64,000 nucleotides of DNA, taken from NCBI GenBank assembly GCA_017654855.1, contig CM030338.1, positions 1,860,001-1,924,000 on the forward strand. The letters run 5' to 3'. Below the pieces are notes generated by a model. It did not search any database and was not told where the DNA came from. It saw only the letters and a program-made list of their open reading frames with translations. The position numbers were made by a program, and so were the translations under genes. The stretch is from Podospora anserina. Lineage: Eukaryota. This document shows positions 39,418 through 50,300 of this stretch, one piece after another (the first letter of the stretch is position 1; every line of letters begins with the position of its first letter).

Positions 39418-39643
39418 GAGGGGGTGGTGGTGTGGTGGTCTTCCCCTCCCCTGGGTTTGCTTGGGGTTTTTGAGTATGGGAGGGAGCGAGCATCTTGGCG
39501 TCGTTTTACGATTTTGGTGGAAGTTTTTTTTTTTTTTAGTGCGATCTGTTCTTGTTTTACACTTGGTTTTTCTTTTTCGAGTTGTTACACTTCGATTTTA
39601 TCTCTCACACTTTCGAATACCCCCTATTCATATACTTGCAACC

Positions 39644-39645
<2 letters not shown>

Positions 39646-39677
<32 letters not shown>

Positions 39678-39799
39678 GGTTTACGTTTCTGCTTCTGTTG
39701 GAAAACTCAGATTTTCCTTTGAAAGAGCGGAGGAAGGGGTTGAGGGTGGGAGGATATATATATATATATATATATTTGTTTGGATGAGATACCATTCTG

Positions 39800-39836
<37 letters not shown>
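39646..39836 (+). repeat. Simple-repeat cluster in a 3' UTR: T-run of about 31 nt, (AT)n, T-run of about 36 nt
   Basis: Poly-T 39646-39676, AT repeat about 39754-39775, poly-T 39801-39836. Confidence 0.9.
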
Positions 39837-39837
<1 letters not shown>

Positions 39838-40580
39838 GTTTTCTTTTCGATTATTTTTTGTCTGGTGGTGCGCGGACGAGGGGAAGAGCGGAGGATAATT
39901 CTTTTTTTGGTGTTTTTTTTGGACAAGACAATTTCACAGTACATGGTTCTTTCGACCTTTTTTGTTTCCTTTATGTATACGGTGGTGGGAGGTGGGTGGT
40001 GGTATGAACCTGATATGTAGTCCATGTGCGCAGTTTCGATGGTGTGGGGTGTATTGGGTTTGGTTTGCAGCGCGGGGGAACGGGGTGGTATGTGAGATGA
40101 AAATATATCTTTTTATGTTCGTGCTCTTGTTGATACAAGAATTGTTTGTGGATTGTGAACCGCCGGAAGAGTGAAGCTGTCCCCGGCATGCGGAGCTTTC
40201 CGGGAATACGTTTTCTGCACGGAACGGCCCGCTGTGAGACTAAAAGTTGCAAGAGTGGAAGCGAGAGCCACTTTGGATTTCAACGGCTTTCGGTTTGGAT
40301 AGACCGTTGTTGACAGAAACCGGTGGTGGATATGAAATGAAGAAAGAGGGATTGTATATCATATTGACCCAGACAATTTGGTCATCCATGAACTGTAGAT
40401 AGCTGCCGGGTACACTACCTTGTAGTCACGACGCTCAGGTGTTGCCAATGTTTGTTCTGGCTCATGACCACCTAGAATAGGCCAAGGCTGGCGGGAGCCC
40501 ACATTGGGCAGCAGCATGATGACATGACAGATCGGGGTATCGCATCCTTTTGTTTGGTAGTTGTTCAACTCGAGCAGCAG

Positions 40581-40982
40581 TTATCAGGCAAGGCCAGTGT
40601 TGGTTATACAGCGGCTCCTGCCATCGGCAAAAACGGAAACACACCCAATTCCGTTTCGTTCAGCTGGTTCAGGATGCCCTTGCAAATTGCCACGTCTATT
40701 TTTTTTTATCAGATGGAAATGATAATCTCTGACCAATCAGGGTGGGCAAGAGAGCGGTTCGAGCGAAGTCGCTTGTTCCCCTCTTCCCGTTGGGTTGGCC
40801 GGTGGGGTCTAGCGTTCCCCCTGTTTGTTGGTCCCCGAAGTTCCCAGGCAGGGTCAGTGAATCCCGTTGAAAATGTAGGCATTCGTTCCAGCGCATGAGC
40901 TGCTGCGAGAAATGAGGATGGGGATTTGGAGGGGCAAGGTTGCTTTGCTGTCTGAGTGGGTGAACCGAGGATTTTTTTATCA
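40581..40982. promoter_or_regulatory. Cluster of TGATAA sites including an exact SreA/SRE-type ATCTGATAA
   Basis: TTATCAGAT at 40706-40714 (reverse complement ATCTGATAA), TGATAA 40720-40725, TTATCA 40581-40586 and 40977-40982. All lie upstream of a siderophore transporter. Confidence 0.6.
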
Positions 40983-41564
40983 CTCAAACGTCTGAACCAT
41001 TTTATTCTTCAAGGCTGAATGAAGGAGGGGGATTTCAGTTCAGACAGCATACCACCCACCCACACACACACACACCGAAACACGAACCGACACGGCGAAG
41101 GCAACCACTTACGCTAGCCAGCCTGCTCACTGCCCCTGCTGATCGCTGAGGTGAGGTGAGGAGCTCTCACTCGTTCGACAGTGGGGAGGGGGTTCGGGTA
41201 GCTTGGGACTCACAAACTCAGACCCTTCTGAATGCGCCAAATAAGAACCTGGAATAGTTGTCTTGTCTCACCTTACCTGATCAGGCCTTTTTGCTCATCT
41301 CATTTGGGAGGCACCCACACACCTACCTCACTTTTCATCTCACATTTGAAATCCTTCATTCATTTGGACCCTCATCAGACTTTCATCGGCACATACACAC
41401 GGAAGATGAACTTTTTTGCGGTTGGGGCGAAAGGATTATTATTTTTTGTTTCATATTCTTTTCATCCCTCCCAGGCGGCTCTGTTGATGGTTGGAGGGGC
41501 ATAATAACAGCTGCGGCATAAAATCGATCCAGGCACCTTGCATACTATTTCAACAGAGGCAACC

Positions 41565-43576
41565 ATGGCAGACAGCCAACCGCTCCTGGGCAACAGGGCT
41601 GATGACTACGGCTCAACCACGGCTGGTGAAGATGGGATTATTGAGAGGACACCGACACCGTTAGGTGCAGAGGAGGAGGAGGAGGAGGGGGGGGAGGATA
41701 TACAAGATGGTGTACTGCGCATCGAGGCGGTTTCTCGGTTATGGACGAAAAAGGGGTTGATGATTGCTTACTTGGGGTGAGTTGCCCCCTTTACCTTGAG
41801 CTGTCGGACACAATCAACAAACAGTACTGACAGAACGTAATAGCATATTCTTCATGGCCTTTACCACGTCGCTTGAAGGTCAAGTGACATACTCCCTTTC
41901 CGCATTCGCCGTCAGTTCGTTCAACAAGCACTCGTTGCTGTCGACGGTTTATGTGGTCCAAGGGGTGGTTAATGGTATGTTTTGTCAATCTGGTATTCGT
42001 ACGGGAGTCGAGTGCTAACAAGGTGTTTACAGCTGTCATCAAACCCCCTATGGCCAAGATAGCCGACGTCTTTGGCCGACTAGAGGCCTTCTCCATATGC
42101 ATTGTCCTGTGTGTTCTGGGATACATCCTCATGGCCGCCTCGCGAAACGTCGAAACGTATGCCTCGGCGCAGATATTTTACGCGGCCGGCTTCACCGGAT
42201 TGCAGATCCTGCAGCAGGTCTTCATCGCCGACACGAGCGATTTCCTTAACCGCGCCCTGTTTTCGAGTCTGCCGGACAGCCCGTTTCTGGTAACCGTCTG
42301 GATAGGACCAGCCATCGCCGCGCTGTTCCTCGCAAAGAGCACATGGCGCTGGGGATACGCCGTCTGGACCATCATTCTCCCGCTGGCCTTTTTGCCCCTC
42401 GGGCTGAGCCTGCTCATCAACGGCCGCAAGGCAGAGAAGCTGGGCTTGGTACCAAAGCGACGCGCCATGAGCACCTCCTCCTCGGCCGACAACAAAAAGC
42501 CCTCACTTTCAACAGCAGCCAGAAACCTCTTCCAAGAACTCGACGGCATCGGCATCCTCCTCTTCTCCCTCGGCCTCTCCCTCATCCTCATCCCCCTAAC
42601 CCTCGTCTCCCGCTCCAAAACCGGCTGGCACGACCCCCACATCATCCTCATGATCCTCAGCGGCATCCTTCTCCTAGTCCTCTTCCCCCTCTGGGAATCC
42701 CGCGCTCCTCACCCCCTCTTGCCGCTAGAACTCCTCAAGTCCCGCACCTTTGTCGCCGGGTGTCTACTTGGCTTTTTTTATTTTGCCGTCTTTTACATCG
42801 CCGTCCAACCTTACTTTTACTCTTACCTCCTCGTGGCCCTCAACCTCCCCGTCACCAGCGCAGGGCCCATAACCCAAACCTTTTCCTTCGCCTCCACCAT
42901 CGCCGCCATCGCCGCGAGTCTAGTCATCAAGCGCCTAGGCGGTGAACCCCGCCCAAAACCCTGGATCGTCTTCGGCGCAGCAATCTACACCCTCGCCATC
43001 CTGCTGCTGCTCCACACCCGCAAGCGCGGCGTTTCCGAACCGGTCCTCTACACAGCGCAGATGTTCCTCGGCGCCGGAGCGGGGTTGATGCACGTGGCTA
43101 CTCAGCTCGTCGTCCAGGCGGCTGCGTCTTCGAGCTCCAACCTCAAGGGGAGGAACCGGCATCAGCACGTCGGGGTAGCGACCGCGGCGTTTTTGACGCT
43201 GGTGCAAGTCGGGAGCGCGGTGGGGAGCGCGGTGAGCGGGGCGATTTGGGGGAGGTTGATACCGGGGAAGCTGAGGGAGTATCTCCCTGAGGATGCGAAG
43301 GGGGAGGCGGGCAAGATTTATGGGAGCGTGAGGGAGGCGGTGTCGTATCCGTGGGGGAGTCCGGAACGGGAGGCGATTGCGAGGAGCTATCAGGAGACTG
43401 TGGAGGTGCTGCTTTGGGTGGCGCTGGGGGTTTGTGTGCCGGTGCTGGTTATGGCTTGGGCGGTGGGGGATTTTAGGTTGAGGGGGGGGGATCCGAGGCC
43501 GGCGGGGGAGGAGGGGGGGAGAAGGGGAAGGGGGTGGTGGGGGTTGTTGCTGTGGGGTGGGAAGAGGAGGGATTAA
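41565..43576 (+). CDS. MFS siderophore-iron transporter (ARN/Sit/Mir family)
   Basis: ATG 41565; introns 41777-41843 and 41975-42032. GVLRIEAVSRLW, SSFNKHSLLSTVYVVQGVVNAVIKPPMAKIADVFGRLEAF, QQVFIADTS and YPWGSPEREAIARSY; many hydrophobic segments. Confidence 0.9.
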
Positions 43577-43886
43577 AAGGGAAGAAGATATGGTTTGGTT
43601 GTTTTTGAGAGAGGGAGGAAGCAAGCGATGATTTTCTGGTTGGATGGCTTGGTCACAAAGCGTTGAATGTTTTGTTGTTGACACCACGGATTGTTTGAAT
43701 AGTTTGGGTGTTGGATGTACTGTACTCTTTTGATTTGCTGTATACATTAGAAATACACATGTCGCAAGGCAATATCACCACCACCCTTATCCCCACCATT
43801 CGCCTATCTTTTCCTTGTTTGCTTGTGGGAAAACAGTCTCAATCATAACTACAATATTGGCGCACAAGAACCAATCAGAACAACAA

Positions 43887-43974
43887 GGGCGTGTGGCTCA
43901 GTTGGTAGAGCGTTCGCTTAGCATACCCCTCACCTGTATGCGAAAGGTCCTGGGTTCGATTCCCAGCTCGTCCA
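43887..43974 (+). tRNA. tRNA-Ala (AGC) with 15-nt intron
   Basis: Acceptor stem GGGCGTG/CTCGTCC with G3:U70, D arm TGGCTCAGTTGGTAGAGC, anticodon stem TTCGC/GCGAA with AGC at 43920-43922. Intron 43924-43938 follows position 37. T arm GGTTCGATTCC; T-run terminator at about 43980. Confidence 0.97.
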
Positions 43975-44260
43975 CAACCTTTTTCCCATGAGGGTATCAT
44001 TTTCTTTTTTCTTAGGTCCCTGCCAATATCTTTTTGCAGCTTCAAGTTATGAGAGAGTGATTTCAAGTTCACAAGCAATAGTAGAGCATTAAACCTGCAC
44101 ACCTTCCAGAGACGCATTATTCCAACTGATTTTAAAATATCAAAAAGACACCGCGATGTGAATACATACATCTATCACCCCCCCCCCTCCCTTCTTCACC
44201 ATTATATACACCCCAGCCCAACACCCACACTCTCCCGTATCACACAACCCCTTCTCCTTA

Positions 44261-46390
44261 CTACTTCCCCCCATCATAAATATCCCCCACCCCAACCCCC
44301 ATCTTCCCCAGTCTCGCAACAAGCATGGTATTCTCCCTCTGCAAATCTCCCACCTGCCCCCTCAAAATCTCAATCTCCTTCCTCGCCACATCCCTCTCCG
44401 CCCTCGTCCGCTCCAGCTCCATGGCCAGATCCGCCCTCTCCTCCCTCTCCTGCATCTTCCTCCTCTTTTCCTCCTTCTTCTTCTCCTCCTGCTGCTTCTT
44501 CTCCGCCAGCCTCCTCACCTCCCTCTCATACTTCTCCTTCTGCTTGGCAATCTCCCTCTCATGCTTCTCCTTCAGCCTCTGAAGCGCCGCTTCCTCCTTC
44601 GCCTCGTCCGATTCCTTGTGGTGGTTGTGATGTCTCCTCTGGTGCGACCTCTCCAGCTTAGCCTGCGCCTTCTTCATGCGTTCCTGCAGCTTCTTCAGCT
44701 CCTTCTCGTGCTGGCTCGACAGCGAGGCCGAATGCGAAGTGTGAGCTACCGAGTTGTTGTCGTCGTTGGAGTGCAGGGACGAGGGCGAGACAGAAGACAA
44801 GGTGGAGGCGACGTCGTTGTGAGAGTCGGCTTTGGATAACAGTCCCGCTGCCGTGACATCATCATCGCCACCACCACCCTCTGCGTTGTGACCTTCTGAC
44901 GCAGAGGCAAAGCTGAGTTCGGATGATGTGTCGCTTTCGTCGTCATTGTCGTTGGACAGGCTCTCTTCGTCTTCGGTAGCAATCGTCGAGCCGGCGAGGG
45001 TGGCTACTCTAGACGCAACCGCTGAGCCGGCTGCCCCGAGGGCTGATGCTATCATACCGTAAAAGCCGCTCGGGGGCGTGACCTCGCCTCGTTTGTCATG
45101 GCGGTGCACCTCCCCATTATGGTCCGTGTCACGGAGTTGATTCAACACCGAGGAATCAACCGCGCCGCCGTTTTCGATTTTCTCGGGCTTCTTTCCTTCG
45201 GCTTTGCTCACCTCCTCCCCCTCCCCTTCATGGTCTCCATCAACAGCCGTCTCATCGTCATCACTCCGTTGCTGCTGAGCTTCAAACCACTTCAGAAACT
45301 GCCCCGCGTCATTCACAATCCCCCCCGGAGTTCCCTTCTCAACCATAAACCTTGGCACGCTCCCCCCCGGGTCACTCCTCGTGACCATCAACCACTCAAT
45401 TGCCATTTCCACATCCTCCTCTTCACTATCCTGCCTCTCTTCAATCGCCTTCTTGGCCGACCTAAGAGCAGCGTCCTTGCCGTCTTTCCCATCATGCTCG
45501 CCCCAGTCACCACTCGACCTCGTCCTCCTAAGCAGCTTCACAACCGGCACCTCCCTAATCACCTCCACACTCTCATACACCCCTCTAATAAACCCCGACC
45601 GAGGCGGACAATCAGGGTGCTCCACCGGCCGACTCACAAGCATAAACTGCCTCAGCCCCCTCCCCTTCTTCTTATTATCCCCATCAGTCTCCTTCCTCAC
45701 CGGAGGCGTCATATGCAGCGCAATAAAATCCCTCGCCGTCGTCGGTCCTCCAAACCTCGCCGAAACCTGAAACACTGTTACTTTGTCAGCCTTTATCCAA
45801 CCCCCTCCTCTCTCAATTCTCCATCACTTACCCTCCATGAGCCCCTCCTCTCCCTCAACCCTCTCCACCACCCTCTCCGCCCCGATCCCCCTAATATTCC
45901 CACATCCAGGCTCCTTCCCCTCCCTCTCACACCTCTTGAGCGTCTCTTTGAACTCCCGTCTCAACGCCTCCTCCCACCTCCCAAAATCCATCCCGTGATG
46001 CAAGCTGTACCGCCCGAACCAAGCCCCCTTGCCATCTTTGGCCGATAATTTGTACACAGTAATCCCGTGGGGGTTATCCCTCGGATTAGTCTTCACCTCC
46101 TTCCACTCTTTCCTCAGTTTCTCCACCGTGGCTTTTGTCTCTGGTGATGATGACAGGACAGAGTTCAGATCGAGGGTCGCAGTCGCGGATTCGGTTTGCG
46201 ATCTTGGGCGGGTTGTGGGCTGAGGGTGGGGGGGGGAAGGAGGGAGGGAGTCGACGAGGATTTGGGCGTTGGAAAAGGTGTCGGTTATGACTTTGGAGAT
46301 GACCTCGGGGGAGGTGCCCGAGGAGAGGTCGGTGGTCCAGGAGAGGGGGGAGAGGGATTGGAAGGGGTGGTGGTGGGTTGAGCCGCCCAT
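44261..46390 (-). CDS. DUF3074-like (START-like fold) protein with C-terminal coiled coil
   Basis: ATG 46390; intron 45831-45775. GAWFGRYSLH, FQVSARFGGPTTARDF, HPDCPPRSGFIRGVYESVEVIRE and IEWLMVTRSDPGGSVPRF; E/K/R-rich tail. Confidence 0.8.
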
Positions 46391-47380
46391 CTTGTCTGTC
46401 CTGCTAAGCCAGCCCTGCAACAAGGAGAGAGAGAAAAGATGGTGATGGATGGTAAAGAGAAGAGAAGAGGAAAAAAAGTAAACAAAAGGCAACAGGCAGA
46501 AAGCCAAGGTGTGATCGTCAGGGGGTCCAATCGCAATCTGCCTGCCCTCTCCTATTCGAGTGTGTATGTGTGTGGGTGTCTGTTGGTAGCGGTCGTTGTG
46601 TCACCTCTAAAAAGGGCTTTTCGTCGTCTCCAGTTTCCGTTTGTTTGGGCTGTGCCGTCTGATAATACGAGACACGGAGACGGAGTGGTAAAAAAGGGTC
46701 AAAAAGTCGGGTACTTTTGTCAGCGCACTCGCGAGAAGATTATAAAAAGGTACGATCTCGCAGAAAAACAAAAGTAATATTGATTTTCAGATGCCAACTT
46801 GTCATTGAATTTTCCGCGTATTTGATAGCTAGCTTATAATAATTGATAGGTTGTCTATGCCTGTCACGAGCTCACACTCTCAAGCTTGCTTTGGGGAGCT
46901 TGTCGGACATTCAACGTAGGTGTTGACGTCACCACAAGGGTCGCCCCTGCTTCCAACAAACGTCACTCAGTGACAAGACAAGGCTTCGGAAAATCATCTG
47001 GGGAAAACAGCTGCAACTAAATTTGGCTCGGATTCAGGGGAGAAGCAAAGCAGCAAGGGACTTTTGTAAATAGCATCGTGTCTCTGTATTCTTTATATGC
47101 AATGCAATAGAGACAACAATCAAGCAACGTCCCTAATAATCGTCTAAACGCACCGCTTGCTCCATAGAAAACCCAACAATGCTATACATAATACAATACA
47201 CACGTGACGCTTCTTCTGCAAAACCAATGTTCCCCCTTTTCCCAGCCCGCTTGCCATATCAGAACTCACTTTGCTAACTCGCCCGCACCGTTTCCCAAAG
47301 CAAACACCAAGCAATATCCTACCAACCACAAGGACTTTAACAAGCAATACAAGAAGGCGCCTTTCAACCTTCTCCCCCGG

Positions 47381-50300
47381 TTACTGCATCGTCTTCAGGA
47401 ACCCATCTAAATCGAAACTCTCCTCGTACTGGCTGTTGTCCCACAGCTCGCCCAGTCCATCCAACCATGCTGCCCTCTTGCCCGGCTGCCGTACCTCGCC
47501 AGTCTCCACATCCACCATGTCTTCCTCCCTGCCTTCCAGCGTTTCTTTAGGTTTGTCCGTTATCAGACTGGGGCCAGAGTCGCCCAGATTGAACAGGTCC
47601 AAAATCTGATCCGTGTCCATGGTTGCGAGCCCTGCGTTTTGTTGATTAACCACGGTGCTGGCCACGTCGATCTTGAAGCGCTGCAGGCTGAGGATCTTCT
47701 CTTCCAGAGTGCCGCGAGTGATGAGCCGGTACACGTTGACCACCTTCTTCTGACCGATACGATGGGCGCGATCCATGGCCTGGAGATCCTTTTGAGGATT
47801 CCAGTCGTGCTCGACGAAAATGACCGTGTCGGCACCCGTCAGGTTCAACCCCAGACCACCGACGCTGGTGGTGAGAAGTAGTACGTCATAGGAGGGGTCG
47901 CTGTTGAACTTGTTGACAATGTCTTGGCGACGGTTCGCTTCGACTGAACCGTCCAGTCGGAGATATTGTGTCGAGGGAAGCATGCCCTTGAGCACCGTGT
48001 TCTGCACCATGTCCAGCATTTCTTTCATCTGACAGAAAATCAGAGCACGGTGAGGCTTGATCGGCGTGTACAGCGGGTCGCTCGACTCCTGCCCTTCGAC
48101 ACCAATCCCACACTCCACCAAAAGATCGCGGAGCGCTGTCAGTTTTGGTGCGTGCGCCGGATCCTCCAGGCTTGTGCCCTGCCTGGCCAGGAATTTCTGC
48201 GTGTCGTCATAGGCCCTGTGGCCTGGTTTCATGACAAGGGCCGGCGAGTTGCAGAGCTTGCGCATGTATTGCAACGCCTGGAAGATGTGCTGTTTAGCCT
48301 CCTTGTCATCCCGCCCAGCCTCCTCCGTAATCGTCTTGGCTTCCTTCTTGGTAAAGTCCTCAAACAGTTTGAGCTGGAGGTCGCTGAGGTCACAGTAGTA
48401 GTTTTGCAGAATCTTGGGTGGCAGGTCGTTGAGCACCTCCTCCTTGAGACGACGCAGCAGGAAGGGAAGGACTTGCTTGTGAAGAGCTTCGATGGCCAAT
48501 GCACCGGCTTCTTGCTCCTTGGACGAGGCCTTGCTGTTGCGACTGTTTGCAATAGGCTTTGCAAACCGGTCCTGGAACACCTTTTCGGCACCGAGGAAGC
48601 CGGGCATGAGGAAGTCAAACAAGGACCACAGCTCCAGCACGTTGTTCTGAATGGGTGTGCCGGTCAAGATGAGCCGGTGGTTACTGGCGAGCCGCTTGAC
48701 AGCCATCGAAAGCTTGGACTTGGGGTTCTTGATGAGATGACCTTCATCAAGCACCACATAGTTCCAGTTGTACTTTTCAATGATTTCAATATCATTGCGG
48801 CAAACATCGTATGAGGTGATGACAATGTCCGTCTCGTCCAGAGTGTCTTTCATGGCCTTGCGTTCCGCGGGGGGTCCAACATAGGCCGTGACGCTGAGGA
48901 ACGGGGCGTAAGCCTTGATCTCTTGCTGCCAATGCCCCGATAGCGTAGGCGGGCAGACGATCAAAGACGGAAGCCTCCGGACATCAGGGGAACCCGTCTT
49001 GGCATACTCCTCAGCACGGTTGTGGTGATCGCTGGCTACGATGCAGATAGTTTGCAGCGTTTTACCAAGACCCATGTCATCGCAGAGAATGCCGTGAAGG
49101 TGATACTTGTTGAGGAAGTGCAGCCAATTGACACCCTCCTGCTGGTACGACCGCAGCTCCGCCTTGATGGCAACGGGAATCCGAAAAGGTTCCACCTTCT
49201 TCGGGTCAAGTAGCTGACCGATGAAAGTCCGCTCTCTGTCACGGCCCTTGAGCAGCTCCTCTGAGAGTCCGGGAGGGTCGGGGATACCCGCCTCAAGCGG
49301 CACCAACTTGACCAGCGTGGCAAAGGATGTGGTGGCGATCAGTCTGATCTCGTTGTCTGAATCGCTCATGCGGCCCAGCACAGGCACGATGAGGAAAATG
49401 ACATACGGCAGGATCCTGTCGCCCATGACAGCGATCAAGTGATAGATGACTTCGATAGCACCCTGTCGGAAGTTGAGGTCTAGTGGGTTGTTGATAGATG
49501 GCAAAACCTTCTCTACCAGAGTCGTCATGCCTTCGATAGTGATGACACTGCAGATGGTCGCCATGCATTTGGCGGCCATGTACCTAAATACGGATAAGTC
49601 TGAGTGCAGCGCCTTGATGACCAGAGGCACCTGCTGCATAACAAAAGGATGAAGGCCCGGGTGTAGTGTTGGCACCATGGTCCGGATGACAGACATGGCA
49701 TCGACAATCTCTTGGCCAAAGGTGCTCTCTGGATCTCTTGCCTCTGCCGGGAGGGAGCCGGTGAAGGCTCTCACCAAGGGCTCTTCCATAAACGTCTGCA
49801 GGCTCGGAACGCGGGCTAGGAGATCAGGACCAAAGCTATGGGAAAGCAACTCCAGCGCTTCCTTAGCGCCGCGACGAGTGATGCGAGCTGCCTTGGCCTC
49901 CCGTGCAAACTTTGCGGCATCGACGTGGTCGACGCGGTCTTCTTCCTTCTGCATCGACAGAATGACATTTGTCTTGTGCGCATGGATGGGAAACTCGGGC
50001 GTCTCGGCGACTTCGACACAGGAGAACTTGACCAGATTTGCAACCACCTTGTCTGCCGGTCCTCTCCTTCCAGATTCGGTGAAAAGCTGCACCAGTTTCG
50101 CAATGGTGGCTGCTGACCTCCCTTGAAGTTCTTGGTTTTCCTCCGTCTTGATGCTGTCCATAATTGCCTTGATCAGCGGACTGGGCTTCTTCGGAAGAAC
50201 ACGGATGGCGACAAGAGCACAAGCGGCAGCGGCCTTGATGCGTGCATCGCGGGCCTCCTTGGCAGATTTCGCTTCCTGGATCGCAGCAACTGTGACATCG

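Noticed and set aside
39424-40025. Poly-Phe and poly-Lys ORFs
   Set aside because: Artefacts of poly-T tracts.
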